Assembly: GCA_035221665.1 (NCBI GenBank)
Contig: CM069164.1
Location: forward strand, 15,748,001 to 15,812,000
Source: Okamejei kenojei
Taxonomy: Eukaryota
Direction of reading: 5' to 3'
DNA: 64,000 nt
Position 1 is the stretch's first letter; each line of letters begins with the position of its first letter. The notes below the pieces were generated by a model, which was not told the DNA's origin, did no database searches, and saw nothing but the letters and a program-made list of their open reading frames with translations. Of the stretch, positions 37,232 to 51,355 are shown one piece after another. Position numbers and translations under genes: made by a program.

Positions 37232-37490
37232 AGAGACCCAGGTTTGATCCTGGCTATGGGTGCTTGTCTGTACGAAGTTTGTATGTTCTCCCCGTGACCT
37301 GCGTGGGTTTTCTCCGATAACCTTGGTTTCTTCCCACACTCCAAAGATATACAGGTTTGTAGGTTAATTGGCTTGGTGTAAAAGTTAAAATCCTAGTGTA
37401 GGATAATGTTAATGTGCGGGGATCACTGGTTGATGTGGACTCGGTGGGCTGAAGAGCCTGTTTGCACGCTGTGTCTCTAAAACTAAAAGA
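37232..37490 (+). mobile_element. HE1/V-SINE, 5'-truncated
   Basis: agagacccaggtttgatcc...ttctccccgtgacctgcgtgggtttt...cccacactccaaaga...gtgtctctaaaactaaa. Confidence 0.8.
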
Positions 37491-40400
37491 AAAACTCGAA
37501 AAAACACATTTGCAGCTGCTGAGAACAAAATTTTGTGTACAGTTTCAGGAACAGTAGCAATACAATGTAGTTTGTAATATAGCTTGAATTTCTAAAAATG
37601 TTGACCCAGGAAATATATTATCACTGAATTAGTGAAGTATTTGTTGATGGGTGGCAGGTTAGCGACCAATTTGGTTCTAGGCACAGCATCAGATCCTGCA
37701 GAATTTCTGAGGTTCCCACCTGCTTTAAAAGGGCATCAAGATTACCAGTGCCAAAGAAGAGTAAGGTGATATACCTCAATAACTACTGATTGGTGGCACT
37801 AATATCCATGGTGATGAGGTTCATTGAGAGGTTGTTTATGATGCAAAACAGCTCCTACCTCAGCAAGGACCTGAACCCACTACAATTTGCCTAACACCCC
37901 AATATATCAATGGGGAAGGCGATCTCTCTGGCTTTCCACTCAAGAACATTTCTTAGACATGAAGTACAACTTGTGTTGGGAATCCATTCAAGGCTTGGAT
38001 TGTGGAGTTGTGGCCAAGTGTCAGGGTTTGAGGTTTATCCATATAGTCCCAGTCAGGGACAGTAATTGGAGCAAAGTATGTTAGGAAGTGAGGTCAAAAT
38101 ATGCAGTGTGATTGTTGGCTGTAGTAGGTTAGGGGTGTGTTTGGTACTGGTGGAGAGAGAGGCCCAAAGTTGATACCCGAGGGGGTTCTGAGCCCAGGTT
38201 AGGACCAGTACTGAAGTGTCTCTTGTAAAACGTAGTTGTGCTAACAATGCCCAATGCTAGTGCATCTATTTGTTGGGCAAATCTCCAGAGAAGCATTGCA
38301 TGTGGAATGATGACATTTCAATTGCACCTGATGTGGAAATCAGATTAATGTAAACTGTGACCAAAAGTAATCAGTCAAAATGTTATAGTGGTGTGCTTCA
38401 ACCAGGAAATTGTCACATCCACATTCCACATCAGAAGTTACTGATTGTCATATGCATAGATTAAAATATAATGTTGTGCATTTGACTTTTTTAGCAGTCA
38501 ATATTTTCTAGCATGTATGTGAAAAAAAATAAATATGAATGAAACCTTACAGCTGGAAAAGGTAACCTTCATATGTAATCATGAAGGGAAAATTAGAACC
38601 AGTTTCATACTATACCAATTGCTTTAGTGACGTGTACGATGTTTTAGAAAATTATAAACTACTCATTTTTAAAAATTAGAAATGTGAGTTTAGAAGAAAG
38701 GGAGGGGATTTAATTGATATGCAACGTCCCAGACTGAGATAAGAAGGAAATTAATCTGAGGGGTGTGAATCTCTATAATCCACAACCTAAAGAGCGGTGG
38801 TGCTGTGTACATAAATAGAGTCAGACAGCATGGAAACAGGCCTTTCAGCCCAATTCATCCATGCCAATGAACATGCCCATCTATGCTGGTCTGATGTACC
38901 CTCTAAAATATTCCTATCTGGAAATCTGTCCAAATGTGTTTTAATTGTTTATAATGAAATGTATTACAAATATAGATAATAAATATGCCAAGAAATTGCA
39001 CCAATGTATGCAGCAATCTGGTCATCTGCAAAATGTTGCAAAACCACTGTTAAAATTTGTTTGGCTGGTTGGCAATCATGCATTAAAATGGCAGTCCTTG
39101 AATAGACTTAACCATCTGTAGTTCTGCCACATTTGTTTATTTCCTCACTAATTTTAAAAGGGCATCAGCTCTTAATGCACATTCTCTCTATGACTATGTG
39201 GACTTTTACTTTATGCTCTGATTTCCTTCCACTCACAAAACAAATGCTGGTAAGTTAAATAACCACTGCAAATTATCCCAGTTTAAGGACACATTTTGTG
39301 CTGTACAACTCTATATGAGAGAATAGATTTAGGAAATTAGTGAGGGGAATGGGATTGTTTGTAGAGCTCAAATAGCTATTTTTGCCAGCCATCTCTTTAT
39401 TGCTTTTCTGTTTTTTTTAATGTAAATGACTATGCAACCTTACACACATTATACAGAGACTTAATCTTATTTTAACTACCCCATTATTTTACTCAGTCAA
39501 GGAAATACCCATTATTACATTCATCACCTTGCCCACCTTTTTTGCTACCCCAGGCTAACGTGTTTCTCTCTTAGCTTTGATGAATGGTCTCCCAGATCCA
39601 AAATATTCACTACTTTTGTACCAGCATTTTCTGTTTATATTTCAGGTTTGCAGCATTTTCAGTTTTTAAATTTCCTAATAAGATTTCAGTCAAGTAAATC
39701 TTTTCTGAACTGCTTCCAATGCCTATACAAACTTCCTTAAATAATGAACACAATACTGTGCTTATACTCCAGATGTGATGTCCCCGGCTGTCTACATAAT
39801 TGAAGTATAATCTTCCTATTTTCGTATTCACATCCTATTGCAATAAACAATATTCTGTGTTAGTTTTCTTGCTTTTTAATCTCATTATTTCAATAACATC
39901 CCCTTTCTATTTTTTTCCTGCCACAATGGGCAATTTTATATTTATTCTCACATGGTACCGTATTTACCGGATCTTTGCATTTTTATTTAGTCGTAGCAAC
40001 AGCATATATATGGCTGTTTCCCAGAAACATGAAATTTACTATCAAACACATTTTCTGATTATGTGCAGCAGCTGGAAGTTAAGGGAATGGAAATCTTTCC
40101 TGCTGAGAAAAAGATCCATGGTTGCAGTCAATAGCTGCCTACTCGAGTGGGAAAGCAGCAATATTGCCAAATTCCAGTGCTTAACATTCTACCTCTTCTT
40201 CACTATAAAATCAAGACCAATAACACATCTCCATTTGAAGATCATCTGAAAATAATAAATTTGGAAAAAAAATGAAGTTGGTCGTAAATATGACCTTGAC
40301 CTTGATGGAGAAGGCATAAGATTGTTACCAAAGATCTTTGTGAAAATGTTATTCATCTCCATGCTGGTAACCTCTTTGGCTTTGTTCATTAGGGGGATTC

Positions 40401-40774
40401 AGGTAAGATATGATATTTCTGAAGATTCTCTGGGAGAAAGCATTTCTGCCCTGTGGTTTTTGACACCCCACCTAAACTAAATGAAATTAGGACATATATG
40501 TGTATTAGGACATATATGTGCACACATTGATGACATAATTAGGAATCTAACAGATGTCACAAAAGTGTCAGACCCCCAGGAGGGATTGCACTGGAAGTGC
40601 TTGGGCCAGTCTCCAACCACTAATCAATAATAAAATAGTTGCTACAATTAATGTATGCAAAACTATTTTGTATATCATGCAGTGTGGTGAAGAGATATTG
40701 TTGCTTTGGTGTTTGTATCTGATGTTAAATTATTTATACTCATTACTTTACATACACATTTGAATAGAAGCTGC

Positions 40775-41770
40775 CCCCACTGATAAAGGCAAACATACCG
40801 TACTCCTCTTTCACCAATCTATCTACGTGTGTTGCCACTTTCAGCAAACCTTGGATTTGGACCTAAGATCCTTCTGTATATCAATGCTGCTAAAGGTCTT
40901 AACTGTATATTTTCCCTTTACATTTGACCATCCAAAGTGCAGCATTTCACATTTGCTTTGATTAAACTCCATCTGTCATGTCTCCGCCTATTTCTGTAGC
41001 TGATCCTTATCCTGCCGTATACTTCGGCAGCCTTCCTCACTGTCCTCAATTCCATCAATTTTACTGCTATTGGCAAACTTACTAACCAGCCCATCTATAT
41101 TTACATCCAAGCCATTTATAGATATATATATCACAAAACAACAGAGGTCCCAGCACCGATACCTGTGGAACTCCACTGGGCACAGACCTCCAGACAGAAT
41201 AATACCCATCCACCACAACCTTCTGTCTTTCTTGATAAAGCTAGTTCTTAATCCAAAGGGCCAACTCGCTGTGGATTCCATGCATCCTAATATTCTGGAT
41301 TTGCCTACCATTATCAAATGTCTTCCAAAAATCCATGTAGACAACATCCACTGACCTACCCTTGCCGTCACCGCCTGAAATATCTCAAGTAAAACATGAC
41401 TTGCTGTGGAAAAAGCCATACTGATTGTCCCCAATTATCCCATTCTCATCCAAATGCGAGTAAATCGTATCCTGAAGAATCTTCTCCAATAGCTTCCTCA
41501 CCACTGATGTGAGTTTCATTAGCCTATAATTTCCTGTATTAACTCTACTTCCCTTCTTAAACAAAGGAACAACTCTCCAGTCTTTGGGACCTTGTCCGTG
41601 GCTAGTGAAGGTACAGAAATCTTTCTCAAAGCTCCTGCAATCTCCTATCTTGCATTTCAATAGATCCCATCAGGCCCTGAGAATTTATCCACTTTAATGC
41701 TCTTCCCAACATCATCTCCTTATTAATCTCAAACTTCCTTTGATTATTAGTATTCCTCACACTGATCTCA
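40775..41770 (-). mobile_element. Decayed CR1 RT region
   Basis: ORF 41385-41660 VVPLFKKGSRVNTGNYRLMKLTSVVRKLLEKI...QYGF; ORF 40988-41434 GLVSKFANSSKI. Confidence 0.85.
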
Positions 41771-42689
41771 CTGCTGATGTGCAGTGGTTACTGATTAAGC
41801 TGAACATTTGTTTTAAACTTCTCATCCTTCGCTTTAATTTCCTCTCTCTTAGGTTTCCATATCAGTAAATGTCATGATCCTATTACCCTCTGAGGTCTGT
41901 GATCCTTCATTAGTGGCTCTTGACCATTTTAATTTTAATCAATCCACCATTGGAGACCATACCTACCAGCTGTTGAAGCCCTAAGCTTTCCTATCAAGAT
42001 GGTCAATATTGTCAAAAATTCCTTTTATACTTCCATTGATACTATTCTGTCTCTTAGAACAATTCCATCATTTACATTCCCCATTTATTTCCCTATAATT
42101 TATTCTCTTGTGCATGCCCATTAACACCCTTCTGATTCTCCTACCAGATACACTAAATTCAGATGACCTAATGAACCTATCTAAACACCTTTTGAATATG
42201 AAGGAATATGAAGGAAACATGAGAACCTGAAGAAAACATGTAGATTCTTCACTGACAGCACCTGAAATTAGGATTGAACATAAAACTTTCTGATAGCCAC
42301 TGTGCCAACCATATCTTAACATGAACAATGCTTATCTCTTCAAGGAACATGAAACTCGTCAGGTTTGCTTCCTCTGTTATGAATTGTAAAACCATGTTAT
42401 TTCTGAGTAACACCCAAATACCAGCATCACAGCAATGATGTAAAGCAAGACTACTATTTGGTATCATTCAAGTACAGACACATCAGAAAAAATCCACGTT
42501 GCATTATATGAGTTGGGAAATGAAGATCACTTTTCACAATTGATCCTAATTTTCCACAATTGATCACTTTCCACAATTGATTTCAATTAGATTGCGCAAA
42601 ACTATGCACTATGTGATTGGAATTATCAGTCAAGTTGTTGTCATTGCTCCAAGTCCGTCTCAGCCGCACCATGGCCTCCCTTAAACCCT

Positions 42690-43095
42690 CCCCTTCAAAA
42701 CTCTATTCACAATCTTGTAATCATTTGAGGAGTCCAGCAACTACACCGATTAAATACTTGCTTACTCTTTCCTTTTTGATATGACCTTTCTTGAATGTTG
42801 TGTTCCCACTGCCATTGAAGTCACTCAAGAGGATCAGTTTGTCTCCATTTGCAAAGCGGTTCAGGAATTTTTTAATGTTGCATTCAAAGTTCTTCTTAGC
42901 GTTGACTAAAGCTTTAAGGGCAGGGGTGCTACAGCTTATTAGTTCTGTGTCAGATTGAGCTGAAGTGTCATTAGACATTTGTGAATTGCACAGGGAGTGA
43001 GTAAGACACTGGGTTAACTCTTTCTTGATCGTAATGATCACTCTATGAAGACGCCATTCTTTACCCTTCCAGAAGAAGTTACTCCCACACATGTT
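42690..43095 (-). mobile_element. RTE-clade LINE endonuclease remnant
   Basis: ORF 42721-43092 FFWKGKE..RLHRV..IKKEL...ISCSTPAL...DKLILLSDFN resembles the RTE/BovB APE domain (FFWxGK..RxHGVGFAIK..IISAYAPT..DKLILLGDFN). Confidence 0.65.
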
Positions 43096-43279
43096 CTTTG
43101 CCGTCTCAAAGGATCATAGACATACTGCACAGAACTAGACCCTTCAGGCTAACTTGCGAGTGCTGACCAATACGCCCTATCTATGCTATTCCCACCTGTC
43201 CATATTTGGCTCATATTTGCTGTCGAAATGTCTTTTGAAAATTGTTATAGTCCCTGCCTCAATTACCTTCTCTGGCATC

Positions 43280-44087
43280 TTCCCGCCCCCACCTTTTCCG
43301 CTTTTTGTAGAGGTCACTTCCGCTGCAACTTCTTGTTTGCTCACCCTTTCCCATCCAAACCACCCTCTCTCCAGGTAATTTATCCTGTAAACACAGGAAA
43401 TGTAACACACAGCCTACACCTTCTCCCTCATCTCCATCCACAGACCCCAACAGCTCTCTCTTCCAGGCGAGATAGAAGTTCACGTGCATCTCCTCTAACC
43501 TAATCTGCTACATTCGGTGCTCCCAGTGTTGTCTCCTTTATATTGGTGAGATTAAGCGTAGACCAGGTGATCATTTAGCCAAATACGTGCTCAGTCTGCC
43601 TAGGCTTGTTGGACCTCCCAGTTGCTAACCACTTTAATTCCTCCTTCCATTCTCAAACTGATCTTTCTGTTCTGGGCCTGCTCCATTGCCAGAGTGCGGC
43701 CATACGCAAACTGGAGGAACAGCACCTCGTATTCACTTGGGTTGCTTACATCCTAACAGTATGAATATTGCACCCCCCATATTAGGTAACACCCCACCCC
43801 ATTCTTTTTCTTCGTCCCACCTCCCTTTCCTGACCCATTCTTCCTTTATTCCAACTGCCCCCGACCTGTCCTCTTCCACCCATTTCTTTTCCTCCGGCTT
43901 TACATTTTGCTGATCTTTCAAACCTCGTCTCTCCTTATCAACAACATTTTGTTGATCAACCATCCCCCCCCCCCCCTCACCCAACCTGTATCCAACTGTC
44001 ACTTGCCAGGCTTTGTCCTGCCCCATCTCTTTTCCATCTTTCTCTTCCCCACTACAATCAGTCTGAAGAAGGGTCCTGACCCAAAAT
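43280..44087 (+). mobile_element. Penelope-like element, GIY-YIG endonuclease region to the start of the pLTR
   Basis: ~43479-43585 translates FTCISSNLICYIRCSQCCLLYIGEIKRRPGDHLAK (GIY-YIG); ends at cagtctgaagaagggtcctgacccaaaa. Confidence 0.85.
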
Positions 44088-47000
44088 AGACAATAGAGAA
44101 TAGGTGCAGGACTAGGCCATTCGGCCCTTCGAGCCAGCACTGCCATTCAACTTGATCATGGCTGATCATCCACAATCAGTACCCCGTTCTCCCCATATCC
44201 CCTGATTCCGTTATCTTTAAGAGCCCTATCTAGCTCTCTCTTGAAAGTATCCAGAGAACCGGCCTCCACCGCCCTCTGAGGCAGAGTATTCCACGGACTC
44301 ACAACTCTCTGTGAGAAAACGTGTTTCCTCGTCCCTGTTCTAAATAGCCTACCCCTTATTCTTAAATGGTGGCCTCTGGTTCTGGACTCCCCCAACATCG
44401 GGAACATGTTTCCTGCCTCTATCGTGTCCAAACCCTTAATAATCTTATATGTTTCAATAAGATCCCCTCTCATCCATCTAAACTCCAGAGTATACAAGCC
44501 CAGCCGCTCCATTCCCTCAGCATATGACAGTCCCACCATCCCGGGAATTAACCTTGTAAACATACGCTGCACTCCCTCAATAGCAAAAATGTCCTTCCTC
44601 AAATTAGGGGACCAAAACTGCACACAATACTGCAGGTGTGGTCTCACTAGGACCATGTACAACTGCAGAAGGACCTCTTTGCTCCTATACTCAACTCCTC
44701 TTGTTATGAAGGCCAACATGCCATTCATTTTCTTCACTGCCTGCTGTATCTGCATGCTTACTTTCATTGACTGATGGACAAGGACCCCCTAGATCCCATT
44801 GTACTTCCCCTTTTCCCAACATGACACCATTTAGATAGTAATCTGCCTTCCTGTCTTTGCTACCAAAGTGGATAACCTCACATTTATCCACATTAAACTG
44901 CATCTGCCATGCATCTGCCCACACATCCAACCTGTCAAAGTCATCTGCATTCTCATAGCATCCACCTCATAGTTCACACTGCCACCCAGCTTTGTGTCAT
45001 CTACAAATTTGGTAATGTTACTATGAATCCCTTCATCTAAATCATTGATGTATATTGCAAATAGCTGCGACCCAGCACCGAGCCTTGCGGTACCTCACTA
45101 GTCACTGTCTGCCATTTTGAAAGGGATCTGTTAATCCCTACTCTTTGTTTCCTGTCTGCCAACCAATTTTCTACCCATGTCAGCACTCTACCCCCAATAC
45201 CATGTGCCCTAATTTTGCCCACTAATCTCCTATGTGGGACCTTATCAAATGCTTTCTGAAAGTCCAGGTACACTACATCCACTGGCTCTCCCTAGTCCAT
45301 CTTCCTAGTTACATTCTCAAAAAATTCCAGAAGATTAGTCAAGCATTATTTCCCCTTCGTAAACCCTTGCTGACTAGGACCGATCCTGTTACTGCTATCC
45401 ATATGTGCCGCTATTTCATCTTTTATAATTGACTCCAGCATCTCTCCCACCACTGATGTCAGGCTATAATTCCCTGTTTTCCCTCTCCCGCCTTTCTTAA
45501 AAAGTAGGATGACATTGCTACCCTCCAATCCACAGGAACTGATCCTGAATCTATAGAACATTGGAAAATTATCACCAATGCACCCACGATTTCTAGAACC
45601 ACTTCCCTAAGTACCCTGGGATTCAGGCTATCAGACCCTGGGGATTTATCAGCCTTCAGTCCCATCAGTCTACCCAACACTATTTCCTGCCTAATGTGGA
45701 TTTCCTTCTGTTCCTCCGTCACCCCAGATTCTCTGGCCACTGGTATATCAGGAAGATTGTTTGTGTCCTCCTTAGTGAAGACAGATCCAAAGTACCTGTT
45801 CAACTCATCTGCCATTTCCTTGTTCCCCACAACAAATTCACCTTTTTCAGTCTTCAAGGGTCCAACTTTGGTCTTAACTATTTTTTTCCTCTTCACATAC
45901 CTAAAGGCTTTTACTATCCTACTTTATATTCTTAGCTAGCTTACCTTTGTACCTCATCTTTTCTCCTCATATTGCCTTTTTAGTTCTGTTGCTCTTTAAA
46001 CATTACCCAATCCTCTTGTTTCCCGCTCATCTTTGCTATATGGTACTTCTCTTTTATTTGTATACTGTCCCTGACGTCCCTTGTCAGCCATGGTCGCCCC
46101 TTACTCCCCTTGGAATCTCTCTTCCTCTTTAAAATTAACTGATCATGCACCTTCTGTATTATTCCCAGAAATACCTGCCATTAATGTTCCACTGTCATCC
46201 CTGCTAGGGTATCTTTCCAGTCAACTTTGGTCAGCTCCTCCCTCATGGTACCATAGTCCCCTTTATTCAACTGTAACACTGACACCTCCGATTTATCCTT
46301 CTCCCTCTCCAATTATAGATTAAACTAGACCATATTATGGTCACTACCTCCTAATGGATCCTTAACCTCAAGTTCCTTTAAAAAATCTGGTTCATTACAT
46401 AACACTAAATCCAGAATTGCCTTCTTCCTGGTAGGCTCCAATACAAGCTGCCACAGCAATACAGAATCCACCACAGAGGCACTCCCTTTCTTGGAGTCCA
46501 GTACCAGCCTGATTTTCCCAGTCTACCTGCATTTTGAAATCTCCCATAACAACTGTAGCATTACCTTTACTACATGCCAATTTTAACTCCTGATGCAACC
46601 TTATATCCAGGCTATTGTTTGGGGGCCAGTAGATAAGTCCCATTAGGGTATTTTTACCCTTACACTTCCTTAGTTCTATCCATACTGACTCCACATCTCC
46701 TGCTTCAATATCACCCCTTGCAAGGGACTGAATTTCATTCCTCACCAACAGAGCTACCTCACCCCCTCTACCCACCTGTCTGTCTTTTTGATAGGAGGTA
46801 TACCCTTGAATATTCAGTTCCCAGCCCTGGCCCTCTTGCAGCCAAGTCTCTGTAATTCCCACAACATCAAACTTGCCAATTTCTAACAGAGCCTCAAGCA
46901 CATCAACTTTATTTCCTATACTTCGCACATTCATATACAACATTTTGACCTCGGTATTCACCTCCCCTCTCGCACCGCTCGCAATTGGTTCTGACCTTGC
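44088..47000 (-). mobile_element. Largest CR1 LINE copy: near-complete frameshifted ORF2 (APE endonuclease plus RT) and 3'UTR
   Basis: ORF 46395-47042 (LYMNVRSIGNK, VVGITETWL, VVMGDF); 45459-45896 (DKSPGSD); 45037-45282 (DVVYLDFQKAFDKVPH, VPQGSVLG); 44156-44767 (LVRPHLQYCVQFWSP). Confidence 0.95.
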
Positions 47001-48469
47001 TCTCTTATCCCTTCTCGAAAATATTGTCGATCCATGTCCCACTGCCTGAGCTGTGGTGTTACTGCAGTACTTTGTGTTTTCGAAAACATTTCAGCATCTG
47101 CAGTTCCTTGTGTCTTGCATTCAGGTCTGTCACTGTTGTGAATATTCACAGTCCCTGACAGTCCAGATCCTGAGCTTCATGTTATGGATTGGATATTGCC
47201 TGTGTGCGATTTATTTTAAAGCAGGTTAACTGTTGCTCACCAGTTCTCTCATGAGCAAGGTCTTGCTCCAGTAGAGGGCTTAAGACAGCTGGAAACTAGC
47301 CTCTGCTATATGGGTTTGAGTGATCACACATAAAAGTAGACACACAGGCAGGCACCACCTGACATCAGCGTATTGCCCACATGACGGCACATGTTTGGGA
47401 ATGTGGACTGACGCCACAGCCAGGGGCGGGAATTTTGGCTTTGGTGTGCAACTGGACGTGGGAACTGGAAAACGGGGTTCAGTATCAGGCTGAATCAAAT
47501 CTGGGGAGCAGGGGAGGTGAAGAGAGAGGCAGTTAACTCAACTACCGATGTCAATGACGGAATAACTTCTCATTTTCCAGAAGCTACCTTTAGATAATGT
47601 CAATTAATCTTTTACTCTTTTCCACATCTTGCCTGCAATGGCATTAAATTAATGGGTTTTAATCTTCTGTATCTTATGTATTATGCTTTGAAAGCAGATT
47701 TTCAAGTAGGAAGACTCCCTCCAGGCCATGTGAACAATTCCATACACTAGTGAACACGGCACAAATTCAATTTCTTTGAACATCCTGGCGATCTGTTTGG
47801 AAAACCTATATTCTAATAGAATTGTGCCTTTCTTCTAATTTGACATTTGCAATTATAGCATAATATCAAAGACAGATTATTGGCAATGCAATGAACATAA
47901 TTAACACAGAAGCATGCATACAGAAAGACAGTACCACTTTAATAACAGACTATTGTTTCCTGTTTAATGGGGGAAATTATTGAACTTAAAATCTATTTGG
48001 TTGAAGGTTGTAGAAAGAGGGCGTTCTGACCTCATGCTCACCAGACATTAACACAATACATCATTAGGTAATCAGCAGGTCTCCCACATGATGACATGGA
48101 CTGCTGTTATTGTCCCTTGTCTGGGGCTCAGTCAGTCTGAAAAACAAATATCTGGGCCTCAACGCAGTTGGACTTATTTTCATCTGCTGGCGGGAATGCT
48201 ACCTGTTGAGAATTGTAAACTCACTGCAGGATTTATTTCCAGATGAATTCAATTTGCATTAATGTCTGATCATTTAATGGCAATTATTTGGAAAGGGAAC
48301 TGCTGCTAAATGATGAGCAGAAAAGCACAGATCGTAAAGCAAATCTTTGTTTTACAGCTACCAGTACCATCATAAACACCTCTCATAACTGCAGCATTTC
48401 AATGAAAACTAACAGCTTACGTTTTTAGTTAATGGAATAATGTATTCTTGATGTTGTGGACTATGAGCT

Positions 48470-49710
48470 AATAGTTGGAGGTGTGAGCTAGGGCCTTAAA
48501 ATAAATTGCTAACAAGATGGTCAATGTGTGATTTTACTTTTCCAAAATTCCCTAAATACCGGGAAGATTCCATTATGTTGGAAAAAAACAAAAGTAAACC
48601 CATTAAAAAGGGAGGGAATCAGAAAGCAGAAAACTCCAGGGCAGACAGCTTAACATTTGTCACATAAAATGTTAGAAACTATTATTTAAAGAATTATAGC
48701 AGGCACTTAGGAAAACTCAATGCAATCAAGTAAAATCAATGTATTTTTGTGAAAGGGATTTAGTAGAGTCCTTTGAAAAAGTAACATGCTATGGATAAAA
48801 GATAGATGGTGGATGTTCTTTCTGGTTTTAGTAAGATGTAATGAGGGTTGTGCCACAGGGGTAGGTGCTGGGACTATTTACAATTCGTGTAAATTACTTG
48901 GGTAGACGCATGGAAAATATGTTTGCGGAATTTAACCTAAAGATGGGTTGGAAAGTAGACTGCGGACCAATATAAAGAGTTTACATAGTAACATAGATAG
49001 TTAAAATGTGTGGGCAATGGAGCATAATGTGGAAAAATGTGAAATTGTCCATTTTGACAGGAAAAAATGAAAAATAAAATAAATCTAAATGAGAGATCGG
49101 AAAGCTCTGGGTATCTTAATGAACAAATTTCAAAAGGCTATTATGCAGGTAGTGTAGATAATTAGGAAAGCTAACAGAATGGTGTCAATTATTGTGAGGG
49201 AAATTAAATGCAAAAATAGGGAGGTGATGCTTCATTTATATTGGGCACCACTAAGACCGCATCTGGAGTACAATTACTGTATTGTCTTAAAAGCAGTTCT
49301 TGTCTTTGGAAGCAGTTCTGGGAAGGTTTATTAGGCTGATTTATTAGATTTTCAAATGGTATGAGCAAGTTGTGTTTGAGGAAAGTTTGGATAAATAGTC
49401 TTGTATCTGCTACAACTTATTGAGAGAGAACTTGATTGAATCATTAAAGATCCTGAGAAGCCTTGGGAGGGTGAATTTGGAAATATTTAAATCTAGAACC
49501 AGTGGTCATTATTTAAAAATCATTTCTGATTGGAACGCTTCTTCAAAGTGTGACGGAAGTAGACTCTTTGAATGTTTTTGAGGCAGAAATAATTGGATAA
49601 GCAAAGGAGTAATGTGGGAAGGCAGGAATAGTGAGTTAGCATTATAGTCAGTTCAGTTGTGATTTCATTGGGGACTGAGTGGTCTACTCTTACTCCAATG
49701 CACATGTCCG
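48470..49710 (+). mobile_element. Highly decayed CR1 ORF2 and 3'UTR
   Basis: gtgccacaggggtaggtgctggga (VPQG-LG) at ~48850; agaccgcatctggagtac (RPHLEY) at ~49254. Confidence 0.7.
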
Positions 49711-50159
49711 TCTGTTTTAATGAGTGATTAAGCATATGTCTTGATCAACATCAACCGCATAGGATTGCCTGGCTTCTACTACAGTTCTTTTATTTCTATT
49801 GATGACATAGATAAACAGGCAATGGCTGGGCCATGAGGTGAATGAGTAATTTGGGGGAATATTGGACATCTGCTATTCACGTTCTTGATGACGGTACTTA
49901 TATTTACTATTCCCAGGGTCACCACAAAAGCTGCTTCTCTGTTTTGAGTGGTTATGGTCCAAGGATTTCCTTGAGCCATTAGGAGCATCCTTTAAAACAT
50001 TTCTTCTGTCTTTGTGTGTCTGAGCTCAGACTAGTAGGTCTGCATCATAGCCTGCCAATTGAAACTAACTGAGTGAACTCAAGAATTAAGGTCTAAATGC
50101 TGGGGACATACAAATATATAAACATACTAGTTAGGATCAGATGTATGCCAGTTTAACTC

Positions 50160-51355
50160 TTTAATAATAATAATAATAATTTATTTGTCATTCGAACATT
50201 CGAAAAGTATACATTTGAACAAAATGATGTTCCTTTACGGGGCTGAGGTGCAAGGTGCATAGTGGTCGCTATTGATGTACGGTGCAAGTGCAGTGCACGT
50301 GCGTGTTTTAGGTGGGGTGCGTGTGTTCGTTGGGGGGTAGCAGGATGTTCATCATTCTAACAGCTAGGGAAATTAAGCTATTGCACATCCTGGTGGTGCT
50401 GGCCTTGATGCTCCGGTACCTCATGCCGGATGGCAGAGGGGCAAAGAGTCCATGGGAGGTGTATGCTTTCTGTGGTACCTCTACAGAACATAAAGAGGAT
50501 GGGTGGGGGAAGCCTCGCATGTTTCAGCCTCCTGAGGAAGTACAGCCCCTTCTGAGCCCTCCCGGCCAGGTGTGTAGTGTTGAGAGACCAGGAGAGGTCG
50601 TCAGCAAAGTGCACCCCTAGGAATTTGATGTTGTTCACCCTCTCCACGATGGAGCCATTGATGTGCAGGGAGGAGTGGGCAGCCTGCGTTCTCCAGTAGT
50701 CTACAATCATCTCTTTGGTCTTGGTGATGTTCAGAGACAGATTGTTATCTTCGCACCAGTTCACAAGCTGTGCCACCTCCTCTCTGTAGGCAGTCTCAAT
50801 GTTGTCTCTGATGAGGCCCACCACTGTAGTGTCATCTGTAAATTTGATTATTTGGTTGGTGTTGTGTTTGGCGGCACGGTCGAGGATAAGTAGTGTGAAT
50901 AGTGGTGGACTAAGGACACAGCCTCGGGGGGGCTCCGGTGTTCAGGAAGATGATGTTTGTGGTGTTGTTGCCAACATGGACTGACTGGTCGATGTGTTAA
51001 GTCCAGGATCCAGTTGCAGAGGCGGGTATTGAAGCCGAGCAGGGAGAGCTTCCCCACCAGTTTCTGAGAGATGATCGTGTTGAATGCTGAGCTGAAGTCA
51101 ATAAACAGTATTCTAGCGCAGGTGTTTTTTTTTGTTGTCTATGTGGGAGAGGACTGCATAGAGGGTGGAGGAGTTGGCTTTTTCTGTGGAGCGGTTAGGG
51201 CAGTATGACAACTGGTGGGGGTCTAGTGAGGTGGGGTGGTTATTCTTGGTGTGTCCCATGCCTAACCATTTGAAGCATTTCATCACGATGGGGGTCAGTG
51301 CCACGGGACGGTAGTCATTGAGGCAGGAGACAGATTACCTTTTTGGGACCGGTAC
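50160..51355 (-). mobile_element. Rex1/Babar-type LINE RT and 3' end
   Basis: ORF 50378-50824 VGLIRDNIETAYREEVAQLVNWCEDNNLSLNITKTKEMIVD; ORF 51113-51304 [10 protein letters not shown]; short-repeat tail seen as (taa)n at ~50163-50180. Confidence 0.88.

Noticed and set aside
39800-40249. 149-aa hydrophobic ORF
   Set aside because: AT-rich sequence partly on the antisense strand of decayed CR1; no motif or splice support.
42526-42582. Three tandem ~20-bp ttt(c/t)cacaattgat units (similar short duplications at ~1431, ~25322 and ~40487)
   Set aside because: Ordinary local slippage duplications with no sign of function.
44156-47042. 203-aa and 215-aa ORFs as host genes or an active LINE
   Set aside because: They are frameshifted pieces of one CR1 ORF2; there is no continuous ORF.
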